Assembly (NCBI RefSeq): GCF_018977255.1
Contig: NW_024704742.1
Coordinates: 48,796,001 to 48,860,000 of the forward strand
Direction: 5' to 3'
DNA: 64,000 nt
DNA from: Callorhinchus milii
Taxonomy: Eukaryota
How positions within the stretch are numbered: position 1 is the first letter of the stretch; each line of letters starts with the position of its first letter. Below are positions 37,072 through 50,083 of the stretch, in pieces. A program made the position numbers and the translations under genes. The notes below the pieces were generated by a model, which saw only the letters and a program-made list of their open reading frames with translations, had not been told where the DNA came from and did no database searches.

Positions 37072-37403
37072 AATTAAAGAGATGTGGAGTTCCCTCACTG
37101 AGTTTACGCATGATTAACCTAAGCCGCAAATTAGAACCCGTTATCTCTATGAAACTTCAAACTGTAGCTGAAATTGTGGACCCAAATTGTGTATGCTACA
37201 ATCCTAGATCCATAATAACTGTTTTTACTCCAAATCTTAGATTGTCACATATGCAATACAAATACGAACCTTTGAAATGGGCGTGCAAAGTTCAGATATG
37301 TTCTCATATCTTAAGTTCCCAGAAACAAATAGTAGCATTTTGTTGAAAGACATTCTTTTATGATTTTTGTTCCTCTTTTATTTTGCTCTGTTACCTACCA
37401 TAG

Positions 37404-37478
37404 AGCCACCTAACCCTGCCAGTGTTCCGCTTACAGTTCGGAACTCCTGGCGACGCTCAGAGTTTTTCTCACAGTCAG
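37404..37478 (+). CDS. LIMCH1: LIMCH1 75-nt exon, phase 1-1
   Basis: ccatag|AG CCA…TCA G|gtaaaa. Translates EPPNPASVPLTVRNSWRRSEFFSQS, resembling the 'RRSQFF' motif of the LMO7/LIMCH1 family. Confidence 0.85.
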
Positions 37479-38822
37479 GTAAAATAAATGCTCTGCAGTT
37501 TCCTCCTTTTGGTTTGCTTCCTTGTTCCTGGGAATGCTTTGGGATACACTAATGATCACACGAGTCACCTTCATTCCCTGCTTTCCTGGACTTGCCTGAA
37601 TCATCATCTACTGCATAGTTGCCAATGTACACCAAGCCAATAGGATCATAACAATTGTTACCTCCATTCTATTAAGCACCATATGGTTCCTAGCATTATT
37701 ACTAACTATATTAAGGGATATGCTTCATTGCATTCAATAGGCTTTTCCCATTTTCGTACGTTAAAATCTTCTGGGCTCCAGATAACGGCAGAAATCAGAC
37801 CTTCTCCCATGAGGTACAGGATAGGTGTCAATACTGTCTACCCATTGCTAAGCTTTCCAGTTCTTGTGTTTGTTGGTTAGTTTAAAGGATAATGTGTACA
37901 TCATGTTTTGTGATTATCAGATGTCTCACTTCTGTCTCACATCATGTAATTTGCTTTTGTTTCCAATGCCATTTGGCAGCCCACAAAGCACAGTATGTAA
38001 CTTGGTGAGGTTGGCAACTATGCACAATGCAAACTCTCCAAACTTGGGACGCAGATATGTTCACCCTACTAACTTGCTTGTTTTCCTATTTCAGGTGGCA
38101 AAAATAATTAGCAGGCGGCTAAATAAGAATTAGAACAGGATGTTGTCATCCCACAAATGTTCTAAGATCCAGAGCTGTGTTTTTAAAGTGGCTTAATATA
38201 GAACCTGCTGGTTATCACAAACAGCCGATAGTAGACTTCAGCTCTGCGCCTCGCTTTCTTTTCCATCACTTGCTCCTCAGCGGCCATCCCTGGAAATCAT
38301 TCTGTTGGTGGCGGGTGGTGTATAATTAATTAGTCCTTTGTGTCCTTTTGTTGCTAATGTATGAAGGAAGCCTAGATTTCTGCCTGCCCATCAATGACGC
38401 CAACGTTTTCATTTGGTCCATGGCTGATGGCAGTAAGTGCGACTGAATAATCAGATCTCATTCGTCTCTCACCAACCTCATTTGTGTTCCATAATGCACT
38501 TAGCATGACGCTGTCTGTCAGCGGCAAGCGATTCACATGATGCAAGTTACACGATATGTCAAGGAAGGGACACGGTGTAAGTCTGTCATATGTGACCTGG
38601 CATCAGAGTGACATCTGCTGGCTCTTTGTAGTCATTGCATGTGTTTGGCCAGAGTAGCTGGACATGGGACATAGCAGAATGGTAACATTCACAAAACAAT
38701 TACGTTGTCTAAAATCTCCTCAACGTGCCAAGACCAATTGCATGGGTGTCTTTTATGGGCAGGTACAAACTCGTTCCCCTGAATGTTAATCTGTTGTGAT
38801 AAATCTTTTCTTTAACTTTCAG

Positions 38823-38851
38823 CTGAAATGGAGGCCAAAGAAAATTTAAAT
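38823..38851 (+). CDS. LIMCH1: LIMCH1 29-nt microexon, phase 1 to 0
   Basis: cttttctttaactttcag|CT GAA ATG GAG GCC AAA GAA AAT TTA AAT|gtaagt. Provides the phase change needed between 37478 and 44584. Confidence 0.75.
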
Positions 38852-39139
38852 GTAAGTAAAGAACATTTTGTTGTATGTTAGATATGAAATTGTCTTTAAT
38901 GAGGCACAATTTGTGAATCTAATACCAGCAATGTGTTCAAGGGTATACTTGATCCAATGTTGTCGTGTGACTGGCACTTCTGTGGTCACCGATTAACAAA
39001 TCTTTTTACCAATTTGTTCCACGTTTAAAAACAACTTTGACGAGAAGGGTTTTGAAGATTGTGAATTGAGTGATGATAAAGAATTTGTGGTTAAAGCAAG
39101 CTAGTGCTGCATGAGAGGTTCAAATTGATGCCCACTGAG

Positions 39140-40835
39140 ACTTACCTTTCTTCTGCCTCTGTGGAACCACAGAGCCTCTGGGCGTCCTCCCGCAATGACC
39201 TATCCTCCTCGGTCACCCTTCTTCACAGCTCCCTCTCCTCCACTCTCGATTCTCTCGCTCCCCTCTCTTCCCGAACCGTCTCCTACTCACGCAAATTACC
39301 TTGGTACACCAGCCACCTCCGCTCCCTTAAAGCCCAGGCGTATTCCGCTGAGCGCACCTGGCTTAAATCAAACCCGACTGTCCATCGGCAGATTTAGCTG
39401 GACCTTGTCAAATCCTACCGCTCTGCCATCATCTCCGCTTAATCTTTGTTCTACTCCAAGACAATCTTGGAGGCTAAGGACAACCCTGGGCTCCTCTTCT
39501 CCATCATGAACCAGCTCCTCCGCCCACCCTCTCACGTCTCACTCATCCTCACCTCAAATGCCAACTGCGAGGCGATGCTGGACTTCCTCAAATCCAAAGT
39601 TGAGGGAATCTGCTCAAGCCTTCTCTGCCCTTCCATCTACTACACCCTCCCCATCTTCTCCTCCCATCCCAGCCCCTACCCACCCCTTCCTCCACATCTT
39701 TGAACATGTCTCCCCCTCCTCTCTCATCACCACCATAACCCATATGAAACCCACCACCTGCTCCCTGGACCCCATCCCTACCCCTCTCCTTACCTCCCAG
39801 CTTCACCTCCTTGCCGCTCTACTCACTGACATCGTTAACCTCTCCCTGTCCTCTGGTACTGTTCCCACCCCTTTAAAAAACACTGACTCCAATGACTCCA
39901 GGACCACTGCTGTGCTGACAGAATGTCTGTTAGACATCAAGTCCTGGATGAGAATTATCTTTCTTCAGTGGAATGTCAACAAGACCGAGGCTCTCCTGAT
40001 TGGCTCCGGTCAGCGCCTCCACACCTCAGACGCTGAGAGTATCACCATCCATGGTTGCACACTCCACCTCACTGAGCCAGTCCGGAACCTTGGGGTCTTG
40101 TTTGACCCTCAACATCCTTTCTCCCCCACATCTGCACCATGTCCCAGTCTGCCTTCCCCCACCTCCACAACGTCGCCCGGCTCTGACAGTCTCACACCGC
40201 AGGGCGCCGATACCCTCATACACACCCTCATTACATCGAGGCTCAACTGTGCCGACTCACTGCTTGTCGGCCTCCCCAACTCCTCCCTCCACAGGCTGCA
40301 GATCATCCAAAACTCTGCAGCCCGTGCCCTCTCCTGCACCAGGCTCCGAGACCCTATCACGCCCATCCTCGCCCAACTCCACTGACTTCCCATCACACAG
40401 AGGATACAGTTCGAGATCTTGGTCCTCACCTTCAAAGCCCTCCATGGCCTTGCTCCCCCCTATCTCTCCGACCTCTTAACCCCCTACCATCCTGTTGGCT
40501 CCCTCCACTCAGCGGTCTCCGGCCTGCTTCACGTACCCCGCCTTGTTCGCCCCACTATCGGCAGGCGGGCCTTCCACCACTCTGCACCCACTCTCTGGAA
40601 CTCATTCCGCAGTCCATCCGTCTCACCCCCTCCCTCGCCACCTTCAAGACCCACCTCAAGACCCTCCTCTTCGCCCGTACTTTCGATCTCCCTGCTTACC
40701 CCCCTGCCCTCCACCCTCCCCCACCCTGACCCTCAGCTCGGGTCCGTAACTCTGTCTGTCCAGTGCCTTAGGACATCCTCCCGACGTGAAAGGCGCTTTA
40801 CAAATGCAATTTTTTTGTTGTTTGTTGTTGTTGTT
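39140..40835 (+). mobile_element. L2-clade LINE, 5' truncated and internally deleted, ORF2 decayed
   Basis: Peptides KPTTCSLDPIPT, DIKSWM…NVNKTEALLIG, VRNLGVLFD, LITSRLNC, LQIIQNSAARAL, ITPILAQLH, FKALHGLAPPYLSDLL, with stops and frameshifts; (TTG)n-like tail. Confidence 0.9.
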
Positions 40836-41339
40836 TGTTCTTTTAAGTGTCTTTGACAAAGTAGGCTCAGATCAGGATCTTGTCCTGAGAGGCACTGTGT
40901 GCTGGATGGCTCAGTGCATTGATGATGTAGCGCCATCTGCCTCTAGAGGCACATATTCACTTGCAGTATATGCTATCTATCTACACTCTCAATTACTGTA
41001 CGTCCAGTTCAGCACATGCCGTACTGGAACTGTCATGTCTGCACTTCTCACACCTTCCACGTGATTAAGTGATCAGTAAGAGGCAAGGCAACACTTGTAC
41101 ATTATCAAGCTCATGACTACCTCCAGTGAACTCAGAACCTCTCCAACAATGAAAGCCTTCAGAGGGACATTAGAATAATGGGAACGGGAGCAAGCACAAA
41201 GATTGTGGAAGTTGGGAGCTGAACAAAAGTGTCACCAAACCAAGGTCTCTCCTGTCTCCACTACACTCCTACTGCTGATCTTTCAATCACCTTCTTGGGC
41301 AGCTGATAGGATCCCTCCTCTCCTGCAAGACTGAGATAA

Positions 41340-41710
41340 TCAGACCGTCATTACAATAGTGATTAGAATGTTCATTTGATATTGCACTTTATCACTGCAA
41401 TGTCTGAAACACTTTGAATGATGCATTTCAATAGCTGGTAAATGTAGGCAAACGTGCTAGCTAATCTGCACTAGTAAATTCCCACAAACAATGAATGACT
41501 ACCTTTACACACTTTTTTTGAATTGGATAATAGAGAAATGAACATTTGCTAGTGATACTGGGAGAACTCGTTGCTCTCTAAAATAGTCCTATTTCTAACA
41601 ATGCAGCAATTCGTTCAGTACTGGGTTATAAAATCAAGGCCTGGTGTGCAGTTCAAAGCCACAACCATCTTGATTCAGAGACAAAAATGCTACTGGCTGA
41701 GCCAAGCTGA
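41340..41710 (-). mobile_element. Highly degenerate Deu-type SINE
   Basis: ttcccacaaaca… and head gttcaaagccacaaccatcttgattcagagacaaaaatgctactggctgagcca on the minus strand. Confidence 0.55.
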
Positions 41711-44583
41711 AACGTCAATGTTTGTTAAACCTTGTTTTAAAATTTGATTAGTGCATAAATGCATTGTTTTCAAAGCCAGAAGGGAGGTTTATCAGTTCTA
41801 GTGTAGATATCAAACTTTCTTTTGGGTATCATTTTTATCAAACACATAGTTCGGCGATTAATTACAAAAGGCTCATAACCACTCTGTCACAAGACTTGAG
41901 AGGGTGCCAAGAAAATTCAATTTGTATATGATATACCTGAATTTTAATATAAAAAATGTGAGTTACCCTTTAAAAAACCTTATATCTTCTGTTGATTTAA
42001 TTTGAATTTGCAGCAGTTGATTAAACAGTACTCTCCTGGACAAAACCTACTTGGCTCAGCAAGACGAAAGCCACATAAAATAGTTTATGTTGTTTGTAAC
42101 TGATCCTGACACGGCCTCTGACCCCAGATAATTCTAGGTTGACTGCACATCAAGGTGTATCTTAAAATATTGAACTGAAACATATCCTTTAGTAAAATCT
42201 CTTTGGAGAAGTAATGATGCATTGACAAACTTCAAGAGTTGGAGAAACTGATAAATAGAAATCTGTGGTCAAGGCAAGCGGCATGTGAGAGATTCCCATT
42301 TGTATGGTTTCATCTCACGTTTCTGTTAAATAGAAACTGAACCACCACCTCCGCCCTCCATCCAAATAAAATTATCTCCACGAAAGTATTCCCCAATTAA
42401 TAAAATCTAATTGAATAAGGATTAGTAGAAATTAATTAAAAATTGCATTTAATATACAACTCTTGATTACAGATGTTCAGTCCCAGTGGTGCTGTATTTC
42501 ATATTCAAAAAGCTAAAACAAAAAGCTTTTTAATTTATTCTATTCTCTTGTGAAAAATTGCAATACCCGAATGTATTTGTTATTTTCTTGGGCTAAATAT
42601 ATTTTTGATAAGAGACGCATTGTATTCAAGGTAATTGGTCTTTGTTAGTTTAAGTGTGCATTCAATTCAGCTACAAAATACATGCCATTGATTTATTTGG
42701 GTGATCACGTATTTTATTGATTATGGAGACGATAGGTTTACATTGGACTGTCGAGCAGATGCTTCCAATGCTGCATTCCAGTGACACCATCTGAATTATT
42801 TAGGTTGTACCTTCATGAAATGTGTCAGTCCCTCAGTTAATAGCCTGAAGAACAAAGACACATCCTGCAGTTTGACTGGTTAGTACATCAGTCTGCCATG
42901 AAATGGGAGCAAAAAGACACAGCCAGGATACACCTATACATATGATACATAAACGTCAGCCTATGTACTATCATGACATATACATACAGTATCTACACAA
43001 GCTCCTATATACGTTACATCTAAGTATATATACACATAAACTCAATGGGAATTGTTTCTGAAATACAATTATTTTGCTGCCATTTGGTATAAATTCTAAT
43101 TGTTTACAAATGAAATTGAACTTAACAATTATGTAGCCATAGTGTCTTAAATTGATGGAGTGGCCTGTTATACTAGTCCATGTGGGTATCAGGGACTGAT
43201 TATTGAAATCAACAAAATCTTAAATGCTTATTTTGGCTTCACCCATCATTTGTTTAATATATTTCTCAGAAATGCTGTGACTTGTTTTCAAACTATTTCC
43301 TGGAACTGATATTTGTGCATTGACTGGCATGTTCAGATGGTGGGGGGAAGAGAAAGACAGAAAGTCTAAATATATCCTGTGCACCCAAATCCCAATGTGT
43401 GGCTTCTGTATTCAGTTGAATGGCATAATGGGAATCTAAGGAGCGGTATTCACAAAGTAGTTTTATTGCATTAATTGTACCTTCTGGTTAAATACAACAA
43501 CAACAGCAACTTTCATTTATATAGTTCATATCATGCAGAATAACATTTCAGAGTACTTTACAGGGGCTGTGCTGTTGCAGTCCAAATATTGGATTGCAAG
43601 ATTCGGAAACCAACAAATTGAGAATCACAAATTAGCAAAGACTGAAAAAAGCCAGCAAGTAAAGCATACTATTTCTCAAACAGATCTCACAAGTTTTCAA
43701 TTTAGCAATTGTGGTATTTGCAGTATCTATAATGTAAGTTTCTTTTTAAAAACAACTTACGGAAGAGGCTTGATGGGCTGAATGGCCTCCTCCTATTCCT
43801 GTTTTCCAATTTTCCTAAAAGCACTTTTGCAACACCAGATCAGTGGAAGTGTGCAACTTTAATTGGGGTTTCAGTGGTTGCACAATGTTCCAGCACACTT
43901 CATGGAGTAGAAGGAAGTGGCAATCTGCTCATTACTCATCAAAAGCCAGGAAACCAATCGCTGGTATGCTGTTCAGCGAGAGGTGGCGGGAAGAGATGAA
44001 GGCTCACTCACTGGCCGACAGTGAAAATCCTCGCAAGAGAGGTTCAGAGAAGAAGAGAAGAGTTCCTTGCCATTCGATGTCACCTTTTCAGAATACCAAT
44101 TCTACTATCTGCCCATTGTAGCATCAAGGCTTTTCTTACAACGGTGGGCTGTTCTTGTCGGCTAAAATGGAGAGTAGGCAACACTCCAAATGCCTGGGCC
44201 AGTGTGTATATCCCAGAATAGAGAAAAAGTGCTCAAACAGTACAAAAAAATCACCGTTATGGATGCCATTCTTGACGTTTCCAAATTCATATATCAAATG
44301 CAAGGATTATTATTATCTAATAAATGTTATTGAGTGAGAATTTAAATTAGAGCTAGCAATTGAATGACTGAGTGATTACCCTTAAAGTCATTAGTTCCAT
44401 TGAAAAATAATTGTTAATGCTTGCTGAAGAACCTGTTGGTTATCAGAGGAGAATTCCTTTTGTTTAGCTCTCTTTCCCTGCTTACTTGAGAAGCTGTCAG
44501 TGTTGCTCATGCTTAGTAGAAGCATACATTTAAGAGAATTCATAAATGATGACAATAACCTTTTTCCTGATGTGGACTGTTAG

Positions 44584-44697
44584 ATCCCAGTCGCTCCCTT
44601 AAATATCCCCAAGTGCTTTGAACGCTGGTCTTGGGATCCAGAAGAAGAACGCAAACGCCAGGAACGATGGCAGAAAGAGCAGGAACGCTTGCTCCAG
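44584..44697 (+). CDS. LIMCH1: LIMCH1 coding exon (second coiled coil), phase 0-0
   Basis: gttag|ATC CCA…CTC CAG|gtacat. Translates [38 protein letters not shown]. Confidence 0.93.
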
Positions 44698-47349
44698 GTA
44701 CATTAACGTTGCTTGCATTGACCCTCGCTGTAAAGTGCTTCATCTGCTGCTGCTTGGCATGTAAGCTTGCATAGGAGAAACTACACCCACAATTCAGCTC
44801 TTCACACTAATCCAATAGGAAACTTTCTCCCCAGATTTGTTTCCCATCAACCAACCCTCAAACAAGCATCAAACTGAGGCAGCGAGTCAGTATTCTGACA
44901 GGCAGATAAGACCTGTGAATAAATGAAATTAAAAAGGCTAATAGGATTGCTAAATTGGAGGGAAAATTACTGTAACCCATAACATGTATTCTTGGAATTT
45001 GTATACAAAGTTTCATGCATTTGCTTAAGTTGAAATTCATGCTGCTCACATTTATTAATCATGTCAGCCTAGTCCTTATCAATGAATGAGCTTTAACTTT
45101 CTTCACTGACTTAAGATCAAATATATTCAAGAACAAACTCCTGAGGGAGACCTTTATTGCTAGCGTGTCTGACTAGGAGAGCTCAGGCTGAATGCTGCTA
45201 GTGATTGTTATCCACATTGGAGCTCCTACTCGGCAGCTTTCACTTCTTTTGGCCAGGCCAGAGAAGTGAAAGCAAGAGAAACACAGATGGACGGCATTTG
45301 AGCAAGTGTTCTTACTGGTTGGTGAAGTGGTTACAATGACAACACTCACAGACTTATTATGGGCTTGTACTGAACTGTCCTCCTGACCAAGCAGTGTGAG
45401 GAGACGGATAGAAAGAGGAAGACAATTCAAAAGTAAAGAAGTAATTTCATATTAGAACTTCAGTGAATTTTATTTAAATGTTTGACTCCTCTAGTAAGAC
45501 CAGTTTATTAATAGCTTCATCTTTCTGCTGCTATCGCTACCAAATATAAAGCATCAAGACAACAGGAATTTGCTGAGTACTGCATTGATCAACTGCATTT
45601 GTCAATAGAGAGGAGGGTGCTTGTATTGAATTTCAAGTCGCTTGAAAAGCGACAAGGCTGCTAATGCTGTTTCAGCATAAAAACATACATAAATGATGCT
45701 TGTCACTTGCTGTGTAAGGTGATGGAAATTAAAATGACTCAACTGTGTCTGTGCATGATTGCAACATATTTTTATTTAACACAACTTTGCTCATCCATGT
45801 GATTGTTTGGCAGTGATATTTGCTTATCTTTGTTTCATTGTTTTTATACAAAAGTCTTCTGTTTATCAATATAATTGCTTAATAGTATCCGTCAGACAGC
45901 CTAGCACGAAAGAGCATGCATTCCATTCTGTGCTTGTGACCATTCCATTTAAATGATTGCCTGAGGTCTTTCCCAGTAATTTAGTACTATAGGACAGGGG
46001 GAGATGCTACCAAATGCTCTGCAAGTGAGATAACAACAATTTACATTTATATAGTGCCTTTTACAGAGATGACTGGGAGCCTGAGCTGGGAGGAGGGAGC
46101 TGAGCTGAGGAAGCAGTAGAGGGAGGTGGTATTTTATTCAGCCGTACAAAGGAAATAGTTCTGTGCCAATTTGATATAAGTTAAATAATCTTTAACATGT
46201 CGTGTGTCATGTTTGGGAAGCAGTCAAACAACATAACCCATAAAACATATTTTATAAGGGATTGATCTGTGTAAGTCCCACACATTGCTGGAATGGCAGT
46301 CACTTGGATGATCACCAGTGAGAATTGAATTGATTAGACAGAGTGGCACATTTCTCTGACTGCTTACCTGGAGAGGAGGAGGGGAGCAGAGAAAATAGGA
46401 GAGGAAAAAGTAAGAAAATTGTATGTCTGCTAGTGTTCCACCTACGGCTCAATTGATATCAATCTCAAAAACATGATACATATCAAATACAAGGATTATT
46501 ATTATTGTATCTCAAACTAACATTTTACCTTTCATTTACTTATAATTTGCCTAGAAGCAAAAACAAGAAGGGAAAAAATATTTCCCTGGAAGGCCAAAAA
46601 GATGCACAATATCAACATTTAGCAGCCACTTGCACATTTGCTAATTACAAAGCTGTGTTTAAACTGAAGTATCATGAAATCAATATATTCCCATTCACTG
46701 TTTTTTAACTTATATAAACACATGCCTTTTGTTAACTGTTAACACTCAGAGCATGTAGCCTAAAGAATGATTACATTACACAATGCAGGTGAGGAATATC
46801 CATTAATACTTGCAGCCCTGACGGTCGAGTTAGTAAATATATTAGCCTGGTGCAGAATTATGCCATACAAACCAGATGATTGTCGATTGCAAGCTTCGTC
46901 TGCTAAGTTAGTGGATCTAAACACACAGTCACTACACTTTATCGTGTATCCTGTGAAGCAATTTGAGACATCACAAAGACGTGATAAGGCGCTATATGAA
47001 ATGCAAGGATTAATATTGTTATCTCAGGCGGGGCAAGAGTTGGGGTATAATTTGGCCTCTGTGCCCTTGTTGGGGGTAGGAAAATCAATCAGGGTTCCTC
47101 TCTCTGTCCAGTCATTATCTACAGACCTCTGATGATGAGTGTAAGTGAGGATATCGGGTGAGTCCAAAATCAGGTGTCACCATAATGTTTCTCTTCCCCC
47201 TGTCAAGGTTCACCTTAAATAATGGCCCCTTAAGGGCAATTTGCAACAAAAAGGACTAAGGTTTGGATGGCAGGTACTACATCTGTATTTGTGCCTCTCA
47301 GCTCGATTGAGTGACTGGTAATGAAATGCAGTGTCTTACTCTGCTGCAG

Positions 47350-47442
47350 GAAAGGTACAGGAGGGAGCAGGAGAAGCTCCGCCAAGAGTGGGAGAAGGCA
47401 CAGAAGGAAGTGGAGGAGGAAGAACGTAGGTACCACGAAGAG
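47350..47442 (+). CDS. LIMCH1: LIMCH1 coding exon (coiled coil), phase 0-0
   Basis: ctgcag|GAA AGG…GAA GAG|gtaagc. Translates [31 protein letters not shown]. Confidence 0.95.
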
Positions 47443-47539
47443 GTAAGCAAGAGGTCAGATGTTAAACTGTGGCATGATGTTCCGTGGTCAATTTTAAAAT
47501 CATTTTCTTCTGAGACTAAGTGAGTTAGTGAAAATAAGG

Positions 47540-47860
47540 CAGTTAAACGCTTTCAGGGTTGGATTAGGGGTTTTGATAGAGTAGATAGGGAGAAATTATT
47601 TCCAGTGGTCAGTGAGTCAATAAATAGAGGGCGGCAATTTAAGATGGCAAAGGAGCAATCTGGGCAGCATTAGGAAATTTGTTTTTACGCAGACTGTTGT
47701 GGTGGTCAAGATACAATCTATATTAACTTTCAGGAGAGAATAAGTTAGATATCTTTAAAAAATAAGTCATTTGCACGTGTATGGCAGGGTGGGTGTTATG
47801 AAGGGATAAGATCAGATGAGCTGAAGAGGCTTCTCCATCCAGACCAACTCTGTGATCTTG
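47540..47860 (+). mobile_element. Degenerate CR1 3' fragment
   Basis: gggttttgatagagtagatagggagaaattatttcca…agaggg…tttttacgcag, typical of the CR1 ORF2 end. Confidence 0.6.
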
Positions 47861-48804
47861 TGATATGTTGTGCAGTAATTGAATGTGACACTGACACCTA
47901 GTGGTAGAACATGAGTACTGCTTTGCAAATGAACCTTCTATCCAATTTACAAAGTTGAACTCTTTATAGTGTCTGTTGAGGAAAGTTACACGTGCTCCTA
48001 AAAATAACCCCATCAGCTATATGAGAAGATCAAGAACATTGTCCTCCAGTGAAACATCCTGGTATAATACATTAACTAATTAATGGAACCAATGATAAAC
48101 TCAGACTCCAGTGAGACCACTGCAGCACAGCAAGTCAAACACATGGAAAGCTGTGTGTATTATAAAGAGTACAAAGTGCCAGGGGCGAGTTTGAGGAACT
48201 CATGGATTCACGTTTCTCTGTCCGCTAACACCAGAAAGACTACTTGAGTCTATCACCACCTTGTAAAGCACTCCAGAAAAATCTCATGATTCAGAGCAGA
48301 CACTCGGCAGATTTAACTAATTCTATCTCGTCTCCTGGAGGTGTTGGGCTACTTTTAATCTAGGATTGAATTTCCGATGGGGAAACCTCAGTCTTAATAC
48401 CTTTACTGCAGTGTTCTACATACAACATTACACAGCCGTAAATTATTATTAACGCTGGAGCTAGTTACCTCTAATCCTGGATAGAGTATGTGAACCTTGT
48501 AAATAAACCTACTCTCTTGAATTTATACTCTATAAATCACACGATTACAGTAAACAAATACTCACAAGAATACAGATTACAATATTATTATAAATGTTAC
48601 TGGAGAGTGGGTGGTGCAATGGGTTAGCATTGCTGTTTGTTATCCTCTGAGACCTGGCTTTGACTGAGATGAAAATATACTCTTTCAATCCGTTGTAATG
48701 TGTAAAATGGTTTGGGGCATGTTTAACATTGCTCTGAGTAAGTGTGAATTCACAAGAACTATAATTAATTGCATTTGGTCTGTAGTTACAAATGTTAGGA
48801 ATAG

Positions 48805-49450
48805 AACCATGGAAATTTATAGCAGAGAAGACAGCCCATCATGTCTGTGCTGGCTCTTTGACAGAGATATCAATTCAGTCCATTTTACTTGCCTTTTCCC
48901 TAAAACCCTGCAAAAGACTTCTTATATATATCTATTATATATATATTTATATATATCTATGTACTTCCCTTCTGGGTTCTGGCCTTGACACCTGATCGAC
49001 GATTCCACATCCTAACAACTTTGTGTGTGTAAAAAACAATCCTCTTAATCTCTCCTTTTATTCCTTTGTTATTTATCTTGAATTGATGCACTATCGTTAT
49101 TGACTTGCTGACGAGTAGAACTAATGTTTTCCCATCAATTCTATTAGAACCCCTCATATTTTAAAGAATAACTTTTCATGCAGAGGGTAGTGAGAATGTG
49201 AAACTCACTGCACGAAGTGGTGGTTGATGCAGATGCATTTAAGAGGAAGCTAGGTATTCAGATGAGGGAGAATTTGAAGGACATTAAGCAATGGGCGTAA
49301 GAACACCATCTCGGACTGGTTTGGCCGAATGGCCTGTTTCTATGCTGTACAATCTTTGTAAATCTTTGTACACTTCTAACAGGTCTTCCCTCAAACTTCT
49401 CTGTTCTGATGAAAATCGGCCTACTGTCTCTAATCTCTGCTCATGGGTCA
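48805..49450. mobile_element. Minus-strand CR1 fragment containing a plus-strand CR1 3' end (~49165-49355)
   Basis: Minus peptides RGSNRIDGKTL…FYTHKVVRMWN and HEQRLETVGRFSSEQRSLREDLLEVYK; plus segment tgcagagggtagtgagaatgtg…ggccgaatggcctgtttctatgctgta. Confidence 0.65.
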
Positions 49451-49903
49451 TACGAATGTGAAAACTTGTCATTGATATGGTGAAGAAGATGGCTTCTCTG
49501 AGATTGAGACTGAAGTAGACAGTGACCAAGGCAATGCCAGCCCTGGGCATTCTTGATGTTGAAATAATGACTCTGTCCCCAAACCCAACGAACCCAAAGA
49601 AAAACTAAAACAATTAAGTTTTAATCACGAATTATAATATTTTGTGACATTAATTAGTAGATTATATAATAATAAAAATGCAAATGGCCTTGAAGCAGTT
49701 TCTGTAGCAAATGACTTTTGCTGAATGCCTCCTTCCACAATGATGGATATAAAAGTCAGTTTATAATCCATCAATGTGAGCTGACCTGATCTATACAAAC
49801 AATTCGCAAAATCATTCCATAAACGCTCAGGTCATTGGCAAGACATGAAATGAGCAGTTATCTAGAAATGGCTGTAAATTATCTGGAAATCCACTTCTTC
49901 CAG

Positions 49904-50083
49904 GAACTTAAAATCATTCAGGAAACTGTGGCACCAATAACTTCACGATCAACTGGATTCTCAAACCAGATCCCCACAGAGTGGATCTCACCACCAATAA
50001 CTGAGGAAAACAGAAATCCTGCGCCCATTGAGGAGACTGCAGCAGACAGGAAGCACAAACAGCTGGCTTTGCAGAATCAGAAG
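49904..50083 (+). CDS. LIMCH1: LIMCH1 coding exon, phase 0-0
   Basis: ttcttccag|GAA CTT…CAG AAG|gtgaga. Translates ELKIIQETVAPITSR…QNQK. Confidence 0.9.

Noticed and set aside
38281..38580. Extra exons after acceptors at 38280 and 38521
   Set aside because: No strong phase-compatible donor; the 38823 microexon resolves the frame with consensus sites.
39558..40385. 275-aa ORF as a host gene or active reverse transcriptase
   Set aside because: It is a decayed L2 ORF2 with frameshifts, stops and no catalytic core.
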